Below are positions 61,907 to 64,000 of a stretch of 64,000 nt of DNA, piece after piece. Source of the stretch: Nitrospiraceae bacterium. GTDB taxonomy: Bacteria; Nitrospirota; Nitrospiria; Nitrospirales; Nitrospiraceae. Numbering within the stretch: position 1 is the first letter of the stretch; each line of letters begins with the position of its first letter. The notes under the pieces are model-generated. The model ran no database searches, had not been told where the DNA came from, and was given only the letters and a program-made list of their open reading frames with translations. The translations under genes were made by a program, and so were the position numbers. The DNA lies in NCBI GenBank assembly GCA_050246315.1, contig JBFWWG010000009.1, positions 20,001 to 84,000 of the forward strand. Reading direction: 5' to 3'.

Positions 61907-62332
61907 GTGCGCGTCTGTGTCGTCGATGGACAAGGCGGAGGCCTCGGACGTTGTCTGGTGGAGCGATTGCGTCCGCTGACCTTCGACGGGCACGAGGTCG
62001 TGGGAGTCGGGATCAATGCCGCCGCAGCCCGCACGATGCTGGCCGCTGGAGTCGGGCGGGTGGTCGCGGGCGAAGCCGCCATGCGGCAGGTGCTTCCTCA
62101 GGCCGACCTCATTCTCGGTCCGCTGAGCATTGTCTTCCCCGGCTCGATGTCGGGGGACGTGACGTCGGGAATGGCGTCGCTCGTCTTACGCGCGCGGGCG
62201 AAGAAGGTGCTCTTGCCGCTGAATCCGTATGAAGTGGAAGTGGTAGGAGTGGAGGGACGAACCCTCGATACCTTGATCGCCGGGGCCGTCCGGAGGGTCC
62301 GCTCGGTTCTTGAGACGATGCCGGCTCTCTGA
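61907..62332 (+). CDS. DUF3842-family protein
   Basis: VVDGQGGGLG..., ADLILGPLSIV..SMSGDVT..MA, KKVLLPLN. Confidence 0.75.
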   Translation: MRVCVVDGQGGGLGRCLVERLRPLTFDGHEVVGVGINAAAARTMLAAGVGRVVAGEAAMRQVLPQADLILGPLSIVFPGSMSGDVTSGMASLVLRARAKKVLLPLNPYEVEVVGVEGRTLDTLIAGAVRRVRSVLETMPAL

Positions 62333-62463
62333 TCGACGAGCTTCTCCTCACATTGTCATGCCGGGCCACGAAGGTCTGGAAGGCTGCGTCGCAGCCGACA
62401 CTGGGTCTTCGTGGGCGTCGTCTGTCGCGCCCATGGATTCCCGGTGATGGGAGTCCAGGCGCG

Positions 62464-64000
62464 ATGACATATCGGCTGACCATTCTCATGGTCGGGCTGT
62501 TCCTCCCGGCCCTTCTGGCTCCGTGCCATGAGAGCCATGCCCATGACCCCGACGCTCCGGAGGTGGAAGCGCCCGAGGTCGCGGTTCTGGCGGACCGTCC
62601 TGTCGCCGCCTCCTCGCAGCAATTTATTCCCGACAAGGAGTACCTCCTTCAGCCTCAAGGTCGGCCTGCCCAGGTGTTGCGCCTGATTCCCGGCTTCATT
62701 GCGGTAGAGCATTCCGGCGGAGCGGGCAAGGCCGACCAATATTTTGTACGCGGATTCGATGCCGACCACGGCACCGACGTCGCGTTCTTTACCGACGGCA
62801 TGCCGATCAACTTTCGCTCGCATGCTCATGGCCAGGGCTACACGGATCTCAACTTCATCATTCCGGAGACGATCGGGGGTGTCGAGGCCACCAAAGGGGC
62901 CTATCTGCCGGAGTACGGTGACTTCAACACGGCTGCGGCGGTCAACTTTCGGACCCGCGAGGTCGTCGAGGAAGGAATCGTTCAGGCGGCTGGCGGACAG
63001 TTCGACACGCAGCGGTACCTTTTGATGTTCTCTCCGACGAAGGATAAGGTCCGCACGTTATTTGCCGGAGAGGCCTACTACACGAACGGACCCTTTCTCA
63101 ACGACAATCGGTACTTCCGGGCCAATTTGCTCGGAAAAATGACGACGAATTTTACCAGCCGCGATGAATTTGCGCTGACCGGCAGCTTTCAGAAAGGCCA
63201 ATGGAATGCATCAGGGGAAATTCCCCAGCGAGCCGTCAACGACGGCTCGCTGGACCGATTCGGCGCCATCGATCCTTCCGAGGGAGGAAACACTACGCGG
63301 GCGACACTCCGTATGAATTATCACTACGACACGCCGTTCGACGGGACATTTTTCGCGAACGCCTACGGACAGTACTACAAGTTCGATCTGTTCACGAACT
63401 TCACGTTCTTTTTGAATGACCCCATCAACGGAGACGGCATTCAGCAATCGGACCGACGAGGCATCTATGGGGGCGACCTTGGATACAAGCAGCGGGCGGA
63501 GCTATTCGGCATTCCCAGCTTGGGGACAATCGGATTTCAAACCCGTGTCGATGACATCCATGGGAGATTGGGAACCCAAACCACACGCGTGCCGACCGGC
63601 ATCACGACGGACAGCAATATCTTCGAAGCCTCGTACGAACCTTATGTCAAAGCCGAAATGCAGCCGGCATCCTGGATGAGATTGTCGGGGGGACTTCGTG
63701 CGCCGATCTTCACGTTTGATGTGAACAATCGATGCAGCACCTGTGTCGAACAGCCGGTCGGACGGAAATCATCCACGATGGTCCTGCCCAAGGCCAATCT
63801 CGTGTTGGGCCCTTGGTTCAAGACGGAGTTCTTTGCCAACTACGGCCAAGGGTACCACAGCAACGATGCGCGGTCGGCTGTGGCGATAGACTCGGTCCCG
63901 CTCGCTCGCGCGCAAACCTATGAGGTCGGTCTGCGCGCCCAACCCTGGGGACCGGACGGACTGATGCTGACCGCTTCCCTTTGGGCGATTGATCTCCAAT
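62464..64000 (+). CDS. TonB-dependent receptor (probable Ni/Co type), partial, runs off the window
   Basis: Manual translation gives MTYRLTILMVGLFLP...CHESHAHD...HSGGAGKADQYFVRGFDADHGTD...GMPINFRSHAHGQGYTDLNFIIPE...KGAYLPEYGDFNTAAAV. No stop before the window end. Confidence 0.9.
   Translation, partial: MTYRLTILMVGLFLPALLAPCHESHAHDPDAPEVEAPEVAVLADRPVAASSQQFIPDKEYLLQPQGRPAQVLRLIPGFIAVEHSGGAGKADQYFVRGFDADHGTDVAFFTDGMPINFRSHAHGQGYTDLNFIIPETIGGVEATKGAYLPEYGDFNTAAAVNFRTREVVEEGIVQAAGGQFDTQRYLLMFSPTKDKVRTLFAGEAYYTNGPFLNDNRYFRANLLGKMTTNFTSRDEFALTGSFQKGQWNASGEIPQRAVNDGSLDRFGAIDPSEGGNTTRATLRMNYHYDTPFDGTFFANAYGQYYKFDLFTNFTFFLNDPINGDGIQQSDRRGIYGGDLGYKQRAELFGIPSLGTIGFQTRVDDIHGRLGTQTTRVPTGITTDSNIFEASYEPYVKAEMQPASWMRLSGGLRAPIFTFDVNNRCSTCVEQPVGRKSSTMVLPKANLVLGPWFKTEFFANYGQGYHSNDARSAVAIDSVPLARAQTYEVGLRAQPWGPDGLMLTASLWAIDLQ

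Overview
GC-rich (roughly 60-65% by eye) bacterial chromosomal window. Gene content and order plus the intergenic repeat families suggest a Nitrospira-like (Nitrospirota) host; this is an inference. From left to right: a partial YqhA-family gene; a NarL/NarX-type two-component system with five PAS domains plus a CheY-like regulator; a two-gene unit that looks like a split, minimal copper amine oxidase; three uncharacterised helical proteins (two lipoproteins) led by two tandem arrays of a covarying structured ~95-nt element; MITE-like repeats; a housekeeping run (polysaccharide deacetylase, GNAT, VOC, dapF, uvrC); an M50-CBS protease; a complete nuoA-N complex I operon (fused CD, single M) preceded by a MidA/NDUFAF7-type methyltransferase; an Ig-domain esterase lipoprotein; and secA. 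The last ~24 kb is a metal/envelope island: two His/Cys-rich leader ORFs ending in R(S/A)PP (candidate copper-sensing ribosome-arrest peptides) ahead of a BNR-TonB-TlpA operon and a TonB-dependent receptor; DsbA, CopA and DegP; an ECF sigma/cupin anti-sigma pair with matching divergent promoters facing a lipoprotein truncated globin, DUF4331, TPR and HupE/UreJ genes; and NikR, DUF3842 and a second TonB-dependent receptor that runs off the window. No rRNA, tRNA, CRISPR array or transposase was found. All family assignments come from motifs recognised by eye, not from database searches.
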